64,000 nucleotides of DNA, from NCBI GenBank assembly GCA_040388055.1, contig JAZKCO010000001.1:160711-224710 (forward strand), read 5' to 3'. Of this stretch, positions 46,545 through 57,855 are shown in pieces; within the stretch, counting starts at the first letter, position 1, and every line of letters starts with the position of its first letter. This stretch comes from Bacteroidota bacterium. Its GTDB lineage: Bacteria > Bacteroidota > Bacteroidia > Sphingobacteriales > Sphingobacteriaceae. The notes under the pieces are model-generated. The model made no database searches. It saw nothing but the letters and a program-made list of their open reading frames with translations, and was not told the DNA's origin. A program made the translations under genes and the position numbers.

Positions 46545-48975
46545 AATTGATCAGCTGAAGTTTTTTCTGCTCCTTTATTTGGTGTTAAATAGCCTCATTT
46601 CTTTTGGACAAACAGATCAGGAAGTTAAATTCGATGCTCCAGCTCAACGTTTTACAGAATCAGCGCTCCTCGGAAATGGCCGCCTGGGTGCCATGGTTTT
46701 CGGTAATCCTGTTCGGGAACGTATTATTTTAAACGAAATTTCGATGTGGTCTGGCGGGGTAGACCAGCCTAACCGCTTCGATGCTCATGTTTATTTGCCT
46801 GCTATCCAGGAATTGCTAAAACAAGGAAAAAATAAAGAGGCACAACAGCTGCTGCAACAGCATTTTACGAGTGCCGGGCAAGGTTCGGCTGAAGGGAGTG
46901 GAGCAAATGCAAAATATGGATGCTACCAATTACTTTCCGATTTATTTATTACTTGGAGCGACACCAGCGCCAATTTTAGCCATTATAAAAGAACCCTAAA
47001 ACTAGATCAGGCGCTGGCCGTTACCGAATGGCAAAAAGCGGATGTTAATTTTAAAGAAGAAGTTTTAGTTAGCGCCCCACAACAGGTTATCGCAATTCGC
47101 TTAACCTCGAGTAAACCTGGCGGGCTTAATTTCAAGCTTCAACTTAGCAGAAAAGAAAATGCCGAATTCTTAGCTGCAGTGAATACTTTAACCATGCAAG
47201 GACAGTTGCCCGGAGGAAATGGCGATAAGGGTATCCGTTTTGCAGCTTTTACAAAAGTAATAACTGCAACCGGTAAAATAACCGCAACAGGCCATCAACT
47301 GGCAGTAAACGGAGCAACAGATTGCCTTATCCTAATCGGTGCTGCTACCGATATGAACTGGCCTAATATTACCCAACGTGGAGCTGCACCCTTGCCTCTC
47401 GCTAAAGATAAAGTGAATGAGGCGGCTAAATTAACTTGGACGAACCTTTTAAGCCAGCATGTCCGAGATTTCAAGACTTATTATAACCGCAATATCGTTA
47501 AGTTTACCAGCCCGCAAGTAGGGGATATTTCGAAACTATCCACTCCAGCCCGGCTTGTGCGTTATGCGAAGGGCGAGCCTGATGTAACGCTTCCACTGTT
47601 GTATTTTAATTTTGGCAGGTATTTGCTTATTTCCAGCTCCCGTCCTAATGGCCTGCCAGCTAACTTACAAGGGCTCTGGGCCGATAGCTATCAGACTCCT
47701 TGGAATGGGGATTATCATTTAAATATTAATCTACAAATGAATTATTGGCCAGCAGAGGTAACTAATCTGGCGGCTATGCACGAACCCTTGATCGAATTTA
47801 CCAAACAATTGGTCGAGCCGGGAAAACTAACAGCAAAAGCTTATTATAATAGCAATGGCTGGGTAGCACATACAATTGCTAACCCCTGGAAATTTACTGC
47901 ACCTGGAGAAGATGCTTCCTGGGGCTCGACCTTATCGGGAGGTGCCTGGTTATGCGAAAACCTGTGGCAACATTATTTATTTAACCCTGATGTTAAGACA
48001 TTAGCAGCTATATATCCGGTTTTAAAGGGTGCTGCCAGATTTTATCTCGATATTTTAATCGAAGATCCGGTAACGAAGTGGTTGGTAACTGCTCCCTCCA
48101 ACTCGCCAGAAAATTCGTATAAAACCGATAAAGGTTTTGTCGGGCAAACCACCATGGGGCCTACCATGGATATGCAGATTGGAAGGGAACTATTTAGCAA
48201 TACTATTGCAGCGGCGAAATTGCTTCAGGTCGATAAAGTATGGAGCGACAGCCTGCAACTCGCCATGGATCGTTTTGCACCTAATCAGATTAGCAAAAAA
48301 ACGGGCGGTGTACAGGAGTGGATTAGGGATTACGACGAAACAGAAATAAAGCACCGTCATGTTTCCCATTTATATGGATTATATCCCTTCGACGAAATTA
48401 CTACTTTAGGCACTCCATTATTAGCCGAAGCAGCCCGGAAAACCTTGTTAAGAAGAGGCGACGATGGAACAGGATGGTCTAGAGCTTGGAAAATTAATTT
48501 TTGGGCAAGGCTGGGCGATGGCGACCATGCCTTAAAAGTGTTTAAGGCATTGCTAACCCCCGCAGCTACCTCGGGAGCCGGTACCTATCCTAATTTGCTT
48601 TGTGCACATCCACCATTTCAGATCGATGGAAACTTTGGCGGCACAGCAGCCATTGCAGAAATGCTATTACAAAGCCAAGGCAAAAACTCCGTCATCCGAC
48701 TGCTTCCGGCATTGCCTTCAAGTCCCGATTGGAGCAGTGGCGAAGTAAAAGGTATGCGGGCCAGGAATGGATTTGAAGTAAGTTTCGACTGGAAAAATGC
48801 GAAGCTAACCACAGCAAAAATTTTATCAACTGCCGGCCAGGATTGTTACCTCGAATTACCGACAGGAACCCAGGTATATGATTACAATGGGAAAAAAATA
48901 ACCTTAACTAAACTGGATAATCAAGTGGTTAAATTTAATACAGTTAAGGGCAATAGTTATTTGTTAGCTCAATAG
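46531..48975 (+). CDS. GH95 alpha-L-fucosidase
   Basis: [58 protein letters not shown]. Confidence 0.95.
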   Translation: MKTIKIDQLKFFLLLYLVLNSLISFGQTDQEVKFDAPAQRFTESALLGNGRLGAMVFGNPVRERIILNEISMWSGGVDQPNRFDAHVYLPAIQELLKQGKNKEAQQLLQQHFTSAGQGSAEGSGANAKYGCYQLLSDLFITWSDTSANFSHYKRTLKLDQALAVTEWQKADVNFKEEVLVSAPQQVIAIRLTSSKPGGLNFKLQLSRKENAEFLAAVNTLTMQGQLPGGNGDKGIRFAAFTKVITATGKITATGHQLAVNGATDCLILIGAATDMNWPNITQRGAAPLPLAKDKVNEAAKLTWTNLLSQHVRDFKTYYNRNIVKFTSPQVGDISKLSTPARLVRYAKGEPDVTLPLLYFNFGRYLLISSSRPNGLPANLQGLWADSYQTPWNGDYHLNINLQMNYWPAEVTNLAAMHEPLIEFTKQLVEPGKLTAKAYYNSNGWVAHTIANPWKFTAPGEDASWGSTLSGGAWLCENLWQHYLFNPDVKTLAAIYPVLKGAARFYLDILIEDPVTKWLVTAPSNSPENSYKTDKGFVGQTTMGPTMDMQIGRELFSNTIAAAKLLQVDKVWSDSLQLAMDRFAPNQISKKTGGVQEWIRDYDETEIKHRHVSHLYGLYPFDEITTLGTPLLAEAARKTLLRRGDDGTGWSRAWKINFWARLGDGDHALKVFKALLTPAATSGAGTYPNLLCAHPPFQIDGNFGGTAAIAEMLLQSQGKNSVIRLLPALPSSPDWSSGEVKGMRARNGFEVSFDWKNAKLTTAKILSTAGQDCYLELPTGTQVYDYNGKKITLTKLDNQVVKFNTVKGNSYLLAQ

Positions 48976-49003
48976 AATTAATAAACATCATTATCAAAAA
49001 TAA

Positions 49004-51025
49004 ATGAAACACACTTTGCTTATTATTTTCGCTTTATGTTTTAGTAAATTAAGCTACGCTCAACGCGATACTATTGGAATAAATTCGGACTGGCAATTTG
49101 CGGTCGATAAACAAAACATGGGCGTCGATAAACAATGGTATATGGGTACTTTGGCTAATGCAAAAACAGTCGGGCTTCCACATACCTGGAATGTCGAAAA
49201 AGAAACAGAAAATTATTATGGCTGGGGCTGGTATCAGAAAAAAATCAATATCCCTGCAAATTGGAAAAATAAAAATATAAGCTTACAGTTTGGTGCGATT
49301 AACCATACTGCATTTATTTATATCAATGGGGTTAAAATTGGCGAGCATATTGGCGATGGCTTCAATAAGTTTGCGCTTAACCTTAATGGAAAAGTGCTTT
49401 ATGGTAAGGAAAATGTAATTACCATTGCTTGTAATAACGATTTCGGAAAGAATAAAGTGCCTTATGGAAGTTCGTTCGATTGGCCAAACGATGGTGGGCT
49501 GATCAGGAAGGTTGCCCTTATTGTATCGGGTAGGCCTACGGCAAACTACCTCCATGCCGAACCGAAGCTAGTTTTAGCAAACAATACCGGGCAGCTTAAA
49601 CTTAAACTGGGTTTTACCAAAGTCGATCAAACCATAAAATTATTAGTCTCGGTTACTGAAGAAAATCAGGCTACTAAAAAAGAAGTGCTTAACATAAGTG
49701 CAAAACCAAGCTGGGAAAATAAGGAGGCAGTACTCGATTTTAAAATAGCCGATGTTCATCCTTGGCATTTCGATTTTCCGAATTTATATAGGGTTTCGGT
49801 TACGGTGCTCAAAGGAAATAAGGCGGTCGACCGGATAACGACCAATGTGGGTTTTAGGGAAATTGGTTTTGTAAACGGGCAAACTTACCTTAATGGCGAA
49901 CGGGTTAAGCTTATGGGTATAGAATGGACAGCAGGTTCTAATCCTAATTTTGGTTTTGCCGAACCCGATGCCGAAATTATCAGGCATGGGAAACTGATGA
50001 AAGATGTAAATGCCATTTTTACCCGGCAACATTTTCAGCAAGACGATTTGTTCTACGATTTTTGCGATAGGAACGGTATCATCGTTCAACAGGAAATCCC
50101 ACTTTGGGGTCCAGAAACCCCTGCTAATGAGGTCATCAGAGATATCTCTATGAAGCAACTGGAGCAAATGATTGGGAATTATTATAATCATCCTTCTATT
50201 TTTGCTTGGGGGGTGGGCAATGAGCTTAGAGGGCGTGATGCCGCAATGAAAAAAATGATCGCCGAGATGATTGCCAGGGTTAAAGTCTTAGATCCAACCC
50301 GGTCGGTGGCCTATGTAAGCAATACATTAACCAGTAGCTTTTATAATGATCCGAAGTTTGTTCCCGATGCCGCCAACGATGGCGATTATTTAATGATGAA
50401 CGAATATGGTGGAAGCTGGTGGAAAATTCCTAGTGCAAAAATTAGCAATTACCTCGATAGTGTACATCTTTCTTATCCCAATAAACCTTTTTTTATTTCA
50501 GAGTTTGGTTTGTGCGAACCTAACTTTAAAGGTGGCGACGAGCGCCGTATCGAAGACCTGATTTATCATATCGCAGTTTTCGAAACAAAACCTTATATCG
50601 AAGGCGCAATTTATTTCGACCTTACCGATTACAGAACGCACTATCCGGGGACAAACGACAATGATAAATTTAGAAGACGGATACATGGGGTTTACGACAT
50701 GTATGGAAAACCTAAGCCATCAATGCGGGTGCTGCGTGAGCTGAGTTCGCCACTGGAAGTTCAAGCCCTAAGCCAGGGTAAAAAGAATAAACTCAATGTC
50801 AGCATGTTTGGAAGCATTGGCCTGCCACAGCATATTGTTAAAGGCTATAAGCTTTATTTATCTGACCGGGAAGATAATTTTGCGACAACGAAAGCTTACA
50901 ATTTACCAGAAATAAAGCCGGGACAACTATTGGACTTTGAAATCGACGATCTTTATAATGGAAAGGGAATTATTACGATTGTAAGACCAACCGGGTTTAT
51001 CGCCAGTCAGAAATCTTTTAATTAA
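49004..51025 (+). CDS. GH2 glycosidase (beta-galactosidase/beta-glucuronidase family)
   Basis: Sugar-binding N-domain, VGFRE, HPSIFAWGVGNE (acid/base), ISEFG (nucleophile). Confidence 0.92.
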   Translation: MKHTLLIIFALCFSKLSYAQRDTIGINSDWQFAVDKQNMGVDKQWYMGTLANAKTVGLPHTWNVEKETENYYGWGWYQKKINIPANWKNKNISLQFGAINHTAFIYINGVKIGEHIGDGFNKFALNLNGKVLYGKENVITIACNNDFGKNKVPYGSSFDWPNDGGLIRKVALIVSGRPTANYLHAEPKLVLANNTGQLKLKLGFTKVDQTIKLLVSVTEENQATKKEVLNISAKPSWENKEAVLDFKIADVHPWHFDFPNLYRVSVTVLKGNKAVDRITTNVGFREIGFVNGQTYLNGERVKLMGIEWTAGSNPNFGFAEPDAEIIRHGKLMKDVNAIFTRQHFQQDDLFYDFCDRNGIIVQQEIPLWGPETPANEVIRDISMKQLEQMIGNYYNHPSIFAWGVGNELRGRDAAMKKMIAEMIARVKVLDPTRSVAYVSNTLTSSFYNDPKFVPDAANDGDYLMMNEYGGSWWKIPSAKISNYLDSVHLSYPNKPFFISEFGLCEPNFKGGDERRIEDLIYHIAVFETKPYIEGAIYFDLTDYRTHYPGTNDNDKFRRRIHGVYDMYGKPKPSMRVLRELSSPLEVQALSQGKKNKLNVSMFGSIGLPQHIVKGYKLYLSDREDNFATTKAYNLPEIKPGQLLDFEIDDLYNGKGIITIVRPTGFIASQKSFN

Positions 51026-51134
51026 GGATATTTCCTTGCGCTAGATAAATATTTTTCGTCTTTAGGTATGGCGGCTAGTTAACCAGTTAAATAAACGAAC
51101 AACGAACAATGGTCAAACGGGTTTAATCAAATAA

Positions 51135-51174
51135 TTTAATCATTTGATTAAATACTAGATTATTTTTATATTTG
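51135..51174 (+). promoter_or_regulatory. TetR operator palindrome overlapping the -33 element of a consensus promoter
   Basis: TTTAATCA-TT-TGATTAAA (51135-51152); TTTG 51143-51146, 20-nt spacer, TATATTTG 51167-51174. Confidence 0.8.
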
Positions 51175-51195
51175 CTTTGTCATCAGCCTTTTCAA

Positions 51196-51804
51196 ATGAG
51201 CAAGCAATCTAAAATAGAAGTCAATCTGAGTACCGAAGAAAAGTTTAAAGCTGCGGCACGCATTGTTTTTACCAAAAAGGGGTATGCGGCCACAAAGACC
51301 AGGGATATTGCAGCAGAGGCAGGCCTCAACCTTGCTTTGTTAAACTATTATTTCCGCAGTAAAGAGAAACTTTTCGAACTTATTATGATCGAAAAGGTGG
51401 AGCAGCTTTTTACCCATATCGCGCCCATTATTAATGATTCGACAAGCACGCTAAACGAAAAGATTGATCAGATTGCTATCAATTATATTGATATGTTACT
51501 TGAAAATCCGGATTTGCCACTTTTTGTACTCAGCGAAATGAATAGAAACCCCGAGCGATTTGGGAAAATTATCCGATTAGATACTCATATTCTTAACTCT
51601 CGCTTTATAGCGCAGCTCGCCGAAGTAAAAAAGGAAATTAATCCTATCCAGCTTTTTATTACTTTTTTAGGGATGCTTATATTTCCATTTATTAGCAAAC
51701 CTGTTTTCCAGTCGTCGGGCACATTAAGCGAAGCGCTGTTCTGTAAATTAATGGAAGAACGAAAAGAATTAACCGCAAAGTGGATGAAAATGATATTAGA
51801 ATGA
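51196..51804 (+). CDS. TetR/AcrR-family regulator
   Basis: AARIVFTKKGYAATKTRDIAAEAGLNLALLNYYFRSKEKLF; ATG at 51196. Confidence 0.95.
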   Translation: MSKQSKIEVNLSTEEKFKAAARIVFTKKGYAATKTRDIAAEAGLNLALLNYYFRSKEKLFELIMIEKVEQLFTHIAPIINDSTSTLNEKIDQIAINYIDMLLENPDLPLFVLSEMNRNPERFGKIIRLDTHILNSRFIAQLAEVKKEINPIQLFITFLGMLIFPFISKPVFQSSGTLSEALFCKLMEERKELTAKWMKMILE

Positions 51805-53069
51805 AAAAGTTATTCGTCGTCTTGCTATTTCAACTTTTTACTTTAGGAGTAATAGCCCAAAAACCGGCCCTGTTAAGTCTTAGCGAATGTTACCGGCTCG
51901 CCGAACAAAATTATCCTTTAAGCAAGCAACGCGATTTACTAACTAAAGCTGCGGCTTATACCATCGAAAATATACAGAAGGGATACCTGCCTCAGTTTAA
52001 CCTTAATGGCCTGGCAAGCTATCAATCTGAGGTTACACAACTACCGATCCAGCTTCCAGGTATGGTTGTTCCGGCCATGAGCAAGGATCAATATAAACTA
52101 TACGGCGAAATTAATCAGCTCATTTACGATGGAGGTGTCCTTAAACAACAAAAGGAATTACAACAGGCTAACACTTTAATTGAGCAACGAAAACTGGAAA
52201 CGACTCTTTACCAGTTAAGAGAACGCATTAATCAGCTTTTCTTTGGCGCCTTGTTAATTGGCGAGCAGCTTAAACAAAATGAATTGATGGCTGGAGATAT
52301 CCAATTGGGGCTTCGTAGGGTACAGGCTGCTATCGATAATGGAACTGCCCTTAAAAGTAATGCCGATGTGTTAAAAGCCGATTTATTAAAAAACAAGCAA
52401 CGACGGGCCGAATTACTTGCTATTCAAAAATCGTATCACACCATGCTTGGCTTGTTTATAGGTAAAGCTATGGCACCCGAAATAAACCTACTTAAGCCCG
52501 CACCTATAATAACAAGTGTATGGCCACAAATTAAGCGCCCCGAATTACTGGTTTACGAGAGCCAAAATAAAAATCTGGACGTACAAAATAATTTACTAAC
52601 CACAAAGGCAAGGCCTAAATTTTCTTTCTTTTTGCAAGGTGGCTATGGTCGACCGGCGCTTAATTTTTTAAATAATAATTTCGAAACCTATTACCTAAGT
52701 GGTTTTCGTTTAAGCTGGTCGCCCACTGTATTTTATACCCTCAAAAAAGATCGCCAACTGCTTAACCTTAATCGTAATACTATCGAAGTGCAGAAAGAAA
52801 CCTTTCTGTTTAATACCAATTTAACGTTAAGGCAGCAGCGTGCAGAAATCGACAAATATTTAGAATTACTAAGCACCGACGAGGAAATCATTGCCTTACG
52901 TTCTAAAATAAAAGCGACGGCGATGGTACAGTTAGAAAATGGAGTAATTAATGGAAATGATTACCTGCGCGAAGTGAATGCCGAGAATGAAGCCCGGCAA
53001 AATAAAATACTGCACGAAACACAATTGCTGTTAGCACAATACAACGAACAAACTACCAGCGGTAACTAA
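51801..53069 (+). CDS. TolC-family outer-membrane efflux protein
   Basis: The ATG at 51801 (ATGA overlap) gives a signal peptide; LSECYRLAEQNYP, YLPQF, coiled-coil helices. Confidence 0.9.
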   Translation: MKKLFVVLLFQLFTLGVIAQKPALLSLSECYRLAEQNYPLSKQRDLLTKAAAYTIENIQKGYLPQFNLNGLASYQSEVTQLPIQLPGMVVPAMSKDQYKLYGEINQLIYDGGVLKQQKELQQANTLIEQRKLETTLYQLRERINQLFFGALLIGEQLKQNELMAGDIQLGLRRVQAAIDNGTALKSNADVLKADLLKNKQRRAELLAIQKSYHTMLGLFIGKAMAPEINLLKPAPIITSVWPQIKRPELLVYESQNKNLDVQNNLLTTKARPKFSFFLQGGYGRPALNFLNNNFETYYLSGFRLSWSPTVFYTLKKDRQLLNLNRNTIEVQKETFLFNTNLTLRQQRAEIDKYLELLSTDEEIIALRSKIKATAMVQLENGVINGNDYLREVNAENEARQNKILHETQLLLAQYNEQTTSGN

Positions 53070-53080
53070 TAAATAACCAG

Positions 53081-53971
53081 ATGAATAAAATTAAAGTTTT
53101 GCTTATAGCTGTTTTAGGTCTGGCCGCCTGTAAAAATAAAGTTGCATTATACGATGCTTCGGGCACTTTCGAGGCGGTAGAGACCCTGGTCTCGGCCGAA
53201 GCCACCGGAGCTATTAAAATGCTGAACCTGCAAGAAGGTCAGACATTGCAGGCTGGTCAGGTGCTGGGTTACATCGATAGTACCCAACTTTATTTAAAAA
53301 AGAAACAGCTGCTTGCTCAAGTTGCGGCAATTTTGGGTAAAAAGCCAGATATAGTGGCACAAACGGCAGCCTTATACGAGCAATTGCAACAGGCGGCGCG
53401 CGAACAAAAGCGTACAGCTAACTTATACAAAGCCGATGCCGCTACGCGGAAACAACTGGACGATGCAACTTCACAAATTGCCATCATTAAGAAGCAGATC
53501 GAAGCTCAGCAGTCGGCACTACATATTAATACCGCAAGCCTTCGTAACGAAACGGCTCCTTTAACCATACAAATTCAGCAAATTAACGACCAGCTCGAAA
53601 AATGTAAGTTGATTAATCCTGTTAACGGAACCGTACTTACCAAATACGCGGAAGTAAATGAAGTAACCAGTATAGGTAAGCCTATTTACAAAATAGCCGA
53701 GCTAAATGTTATTATTCTACGTACTTACCTTACCAATGATCTTATGGGTAAAGTTAAATTGGGGCAACAGGTAAAGGTTTTAGTCGACGATACAAAAGAG
53801 GCTTACAAAACTTATCCTGGCACAATAGAATGGATAAGCAGCAAGGCAGAATTTACACCCAAGACCATTCAGACTAAAGAAGAAAGGGCCAATTTGGTAT
53901 ATGCAGTTAAGATCAGGGTTAAAAACGACGGCTATCTTAAAATTGGGATGTATGGAGAGGTAAAGCTATAA
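53081..53971 (+). CDS. HlyD-family periplasmic adaptor (YbhG-like lipoprotein)
   Basis: Lipobox LAAC, ASGTFEA, coiled coil, AEFTPKTIQT...LVYAVKI, GMYGEV. Confidence 0.92.
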   Translation: MNKIKVLLIAVLGLAACKNKVALYDASGTFEAVETLVSAEATGAIKMLNLQEGQTLQAGQVLGYIDSTQLYLKKKQLLAQVAAILGKKPDIVAQTAALYEQLQQAAREQKRTANLYKADAATRKQLDDATSQIAIIKKQIEAQQSALHINTASLRNETAPLTIQIQQINDQLEKCKLINPVNGTVLTKYAEVNEVTSIGKPIYKIAELNVIILRTYLTNDLMGKVKLGQQVKVLVDDTKEAYKTYPGTIEWISSKAEFTPKTIQTKEERANLVYAVKIRVKNDGYLKIGMYGEVKL

Positions 53972-53974
53972 ACG

Positions 53975-54886
53975 ATGGATGCGGTAGTGGTACATGGCCT
54001 TAGTAAAATTTACGATAAGGATAAAACTGCAGTCGATGGTGTTTCTTTCTCCATAAAACAAGGGGAGATCTTTGGACTTATCGGGCCCGATGGCGCCGGG
54101 AAAACCAGCATTTTTAGAATGTTAACCACTTTGTTGCTTCCCGATGGCGGATCGGCCACGGTCGATGGTTTCGATGTCGTGAAAGATTATAAGCAGATAA
54201 GAAACCGGGTTGGTTATATGCCAGGAAAATTCTCGCTTTATCCGGACCTTAGTGTTGCAGAAAACCTTAATTTTTTTGCTACGGTATTTAATACCACCGT
54301 AACCGAAAATTACCATCTTATTAAAGATATTTACCTTCAGATCGAGCCTTTTAAAAACCGCCGCGCCGGACAATTGTCGGGCGGAATGAAGCAAAAGCTG
54401 GCTTTATGCTGTGCTTTAATTCATAAACCTACCGTATTGTTTTTAGACGAACCCACTACAGGTGTGGATCCGGTTTCGAGGAAAGAATTCTGGGAGATGC
54501 TTAAAAAACTGAAAGCCCAAACCATTACCATAGTGGTTTCTACGCCTTATATGGACGAAGCTAATTTATGCGACCGGATTGCTTTAATCCAGAATGGGAA
54601 AGTTTTGTCGGTCGATACCCCAGCAAATATAAAAGCAGCCTATCCCGAACCGCTTTATGCAATTCGAGCCGACGATATGCACCGCCTGTTAAAACTATTG
54701 CAAGGGTACGACAAGGTGCTTAGCAGTTATGCTTTTGGAGCCGATGTTCATGTATCGTTTAAAGCTCGAAATACGAACGAAAGCCAGGTGCTCGACTATT
54801 TAAAGCAACAAGGACTAGGAAATATACACTTACAACAAATAGAGGCCACAATTGAAGATAGTTTTATAAAACTTTTAAAAAACTAA
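53975..54886 (+). CDS. ABC-2 exporter ATP-binding protein
   Basis: GPDGAGKT, LSGGMKQK, LDEPTTG, TPYMDEA. Confidence 0.95.
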   Translation: MDAVVVHGLSKIYDKDKTAVDGVSFSIKQGEIFGLIGPDGAGKTSIFRMLTTLLLPDGGSATVDGFDVVKDYKQIRNRVGYMPGKFSLYPDLSVAENLNFFATVFNTTVTENYHLIKDIYLQIEPFKNRRAGQLSGGMKQKLALCCALIHKPTVLFLDEPTTGVDPVSRKEFWEMLKKLKAQTITIVVSTPYMDEANLCDRIALIQNGKVLSVDTPANIKAAYPEPLYAIRADDMHRLLKLLQGYDKVLSSYAFGADVHVSFKARNTNESQVLDYLKQQGLGNIHLQQIEATIEDSFIKLLKN

Positions 54887-54887
54887 G

Positions 54888-55628
54888 ATGAGCGAATCTG
54901 TAATTAGAACGGATAAATTAACCAAACGTTTTGGCAACTTTATTGCAACCAACGAAATTACGTTCGAAGTAAATAAGGGCGAGATCTTTGGTTTTTTGGG
55001 CGCAAATGGGGCTGGAAAAACAACGGCAATGCGGATGTTGTGTGGCCTGTCGACCCCATCTTCGGGCCAGGCTACAATTGCAGGCTTCGACATCTATAAA
55101 CAAACCGAACAAATTAAAAAGAATATCGGCTACATGAGTCAGCGATTTTCGCTGTACGAAGACCTTACCATAATTGAGAATATTCGTTTTTTTGGGGGGA
55201 TTTATGGGTTGAGCAATAAACAGATTGGCCTTAAAACAACTCAACTTATCGAACAATTGGGTCTGGAGGCCGAAGCTAAGAAATTGGTGGCCTCCCTTCC
55301 ATTAGGATGGAAACAGAAATTGGCTTTCTCGGTAGCCATTTTGCACGAACCTCAAATTGTTTTTTTAGACGAACCTACGGGTGGAGTAGACCCGCTTACC
55401 CGAAGGCAATTTTGGGAAATGATTTACGATGCTGCCGACCAGGGGATTACCATTTTCGTAACAACACACTATATGGACGAAGCCGAATATTGCCATCGCA
55501 TTTCGTTAATGGTCGATGGAAGGATCAAGGCTATGGATACTCCCCAAAATTTGAAAATGCAATTTAAAGTAAACACGATGGACGAAGTGTTTTACGAACT
55601 GGCACGTGGTGCGAAACGAACTGAATAA
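54888..55628 (+). CDS. ABC-2 exporter ATP-binding protein
   Basis: GANGAGKT, LPLGWKQK, LDEPTGG, THYMDEA. Confidence 0.95.
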   Translation: MSESVIRTDKLTKRFGNFIATNEITFEVNKGEIFGFLGANGAGKTTAMRMLCGLSTPSSGQATIAGFDIYKQTEQIKKNIGYMSQRFSLYEDLTIIENIRFFGGIYGLSNKQIGLKTTQLIEQLGLEAEAKKLVASLPLGWKQKLAFSVAILHEPQIVFLDEPTGGVDPLTRRQFWEMIYDAADQGITIFVTTHYMDEAEYCHRISLMVDGRIKAMDTPQNLKMQFKVNTMDEVFYELARGAKRTE

Positions 55629-55633
55629 CCTGG

Positions 55634-56740
55634 ATGAAACAGTTTTTTACATTTATAAAAAAGGAATTTGCTCACGTATTGCGCGATAGAAAAACGCTGT
55701 TAATCTTATTTGGGATGCCAATTGTCCAGGTACTGATTTTTGGCTTTGCCCTTACCAATGAAGTGAAAAATGCTAAAATAATTATTGTAAACCAGGCTAA
55801 CGATGTGGTTTCGCAAAGTTTAATCACTAAAATTGCCGCCAGTCGTTATTTCCAGATCGAGCGCACAACCTCAGCACACCAGGAAATGGAAGCTGCTTTT
55901 AAAAAGGGAACGATAAAACTTGCCCTGGTATTTCCTGCTCATTTTGGGAACGATCTTTTACACCAGAAAAAGGCGCAATTACAAATTATTACCGACGCTT
56001 CCGACCCTAATTATGCGACCACACTTACTAATTATATCGGTGCAATAGTTCGCGAAGAGGTCGACCAAATTAATGCGGGGGCTAAAAATCCTTATCAAAT
56101 TACCACCGAAGTGCGCATGTTGTATAACCCGCAGCTTAAAGGGGCACCTAATTTTGTGCCCGGGGTAATGGCTCTGGTGCTGATGTTGGTTTGTGTAATG
56201 ATGACCGCCGTTTCTATTGTAAAAGAAAAGGAAACCGGTACCATGGAGGTTTTATTGGTATCGCCCTTTAGCCCTTTAATGGTTATTGTGTCCAAAGCAG
56301 TCCCATACTTATTGTTGTCACTTATCAATGTCACTTCTATTTTATTACTGAGCATATTTGTGCTCGATGTACCTGTAAATGGGAGCATTTTGTTGCTATT
56401 TATAGAAAGCATTTTGTTTATCATTACCTGTCTCTCGTTGGGCATTTTTATTTCTATAAAAACAAGTTCCCAACAAGTAGCTATGTTAATTTCGCTAATG
56501 GGGATGATGCTCCCTGCCATTTTGTTTAGCGGCTTTATGTTCCCCATCGAAAATATGCCGTTGCCATTGCAGGTTATTTCCAATATTGTGCCTTCTAAAT
56601 GGTATTACATTATTGTAAAATCGATTATGATTAAAGGACTTGGCTTTAGTTCGATCTGGAAAGAAACCTTAATTCTATTAGGAATAACAGTGTTGCTGAT
56701 ATCGATTAGTTTAAAGAGTTTTAAAATACGCTTGTCATGA
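55634..56740 (+). CDS. ABC-2 exporter permease (YbhS-like)
   Basis: KEFAHVLRD, YNP, SIVKEKETGTMEVL, LSGFMFPIENMP. Confidence 0.93.
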   Translation: MKQFFTFIKKEFAHVLRDRKTLLILFGMPIVQVLIFGFALTNEVKNAKIIIVNQANDVVSQSLITKIAASRYFQIERTTSAHQEMEAAFKKGTIKLALVFPAHFGNDLLHQKKAQLQIITDASDPNYATTLTNYIGAIVREEVDQINAGAKNPYQITTEVRMLYNPQLKGAPNFVPGVMALVLMLVCVMMTAVSIVKEKETGTMEVLLVSPFSPLMVIVSKAVPYLLLSLINVTSILLLSIFVLDVPVNGSILLLFIESILFIITCLSLGIFISIKTSSQQVAMLISLMGMMLPAILFSGFMFPIENMPLPLQVISNIVPSKWYYIIVKSIMIKGLGFSSIWKETLILLGITVLLISISLKSFKIRLS

Positions 56741-57855
56741 GGACCATCAGATTTTTACTGCAAAAAGAATTCAGGCAGATTTTTCGCAATAAATCTATTT
56801 TGGCAATGGTTATCGTAATGCCGGTAATGCAACTGCTCATTTTGCCGATGGCTGCAAACTACGAAGTAAAAAACATCAACATTGCGGTAATCGATAACGA
56901 CCATTCCACTTATTCGCAGCAGCTGATTACAAAAATTACTGCATCGGGTTATTTTAAATTAATTGCAGCCAGCTCTTCCTATAAGCAGGCACTCGCATTA
57001 ATCGAAACAGACCAGGCCGATCTAATTCTGGAAATTCCGCAGGGTTTTGAACGAAACCTGGTTAGAGAAAATGAACAAAAATTGTTTATCGCTGTAAATG
57101 CCATTAATGGAACCAAAGCTAATTTGGGCGGTGCTTATTTAAATCAGATTATTGGCGATCATAATGGGGAGCTTCGGCTGCAACTCTTAGCCCCCGACAA
57201 ATTTACCCCAAGGCCGGTAATCGATATGGCTCCGGTTAATTGGTTTAACCCTTATCTTAATTATAAAGTGTATATGGTGCCCGGCATATTAGCTATTCTG
57301 GTAACCATGGTTGGCGGGTTTTTAGCGGCGCTTAATATTGTAAAGGAAAAAGAAGTGGGCACCATCGAACAAATTAATGTTACCCCTATTAAAAAGCATC
57401 ATTTTATCTTAGGTAAACTCATTCCTTTCTGGATATTAGGTAATGTTGTATTTAGCCTGGGTTTGGTGGTAGCCTGGCTCTTTTATGGCATTATCCCATT
57501 GGGAAGCTTTATTTTGTTGTATAGTTTCGTAGGGGTTTATTTGCTGGCGGTATTGGGCTTTGGTTTGCTTATTTCTACATTTTGCGACACCCAGCAACAA
57601 GCCATGTTTATTATGTTTTTCTTTATGATGATATTTATTTTAATGGGTGGCCTGTTTACGCCCATAGATAGTATGCCCGATTGGGCTCGCATTACAACCA
57701 AACTGAATCCGGTAAGCTATCTTATCGACGTAATGCGGGCTATTATTTTAAAGGGGAGTGGTTTTAAAGACGTGATATCAAAATTGGGTACTGTTGCTTT
57801 ATTTGCAGTAATCTTAAATGGATGGGCAATTTTGAATTATAAGAAAACGAATTAA
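56737..57855 (+). CDS. ABC-2 exporter permease (YbhR-like)
   Basis: KEFRQIFR, WFNP, NIVKEKEVGTIEQINVTP, GLFTPIDSMP. Confidence 0.93.
   Translation: MRTIRFLLQKEFRQIFRNKSILAMVIVMPVMQLLILPMAANYEVKNINIAVIDNDHSTYSQQLITKITASGYFKLIAASSSYKQALALIETDQADLILEIPQGFERNLVRENEQKLFIAVNAINGTKANLGGAYLNQIIGDHNGELRLQLLAPDKFTPRPVIDMAPVNWFNPYLNYKVYMVPGILAILVTMVGGFLAALNIVKEKEVGTIEQINVTPIKKHHFILGKLIPFWILGNVVFSLGLVVAWLFYGIIPLGSFILLYSFVGVYLLAVLGFGLLISTFCDTQQQAMFIMFFFMMIFILMGGLFTPIDSMPDWARITTKLNPVSYLIDVMRAIILKGSGFKDVISKLGTVALFAVILNGWAILNYKKTN

Noticed and set aside
51085-51120. Short direct repeats (ACGAACA twice) upstream of tetR
   Set aside because: Only two 7-mers with no spacers; not a CRISPR array or a convincing iteron set.
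53975-55628. Two ABC ATPase ORFs 1 nt apart as a possible frameshifted ybhF pseudogene
   Set aside because: Each has its own start, Walker A, signature-region motif and Walker B, so two intact genes is the simpler reading.
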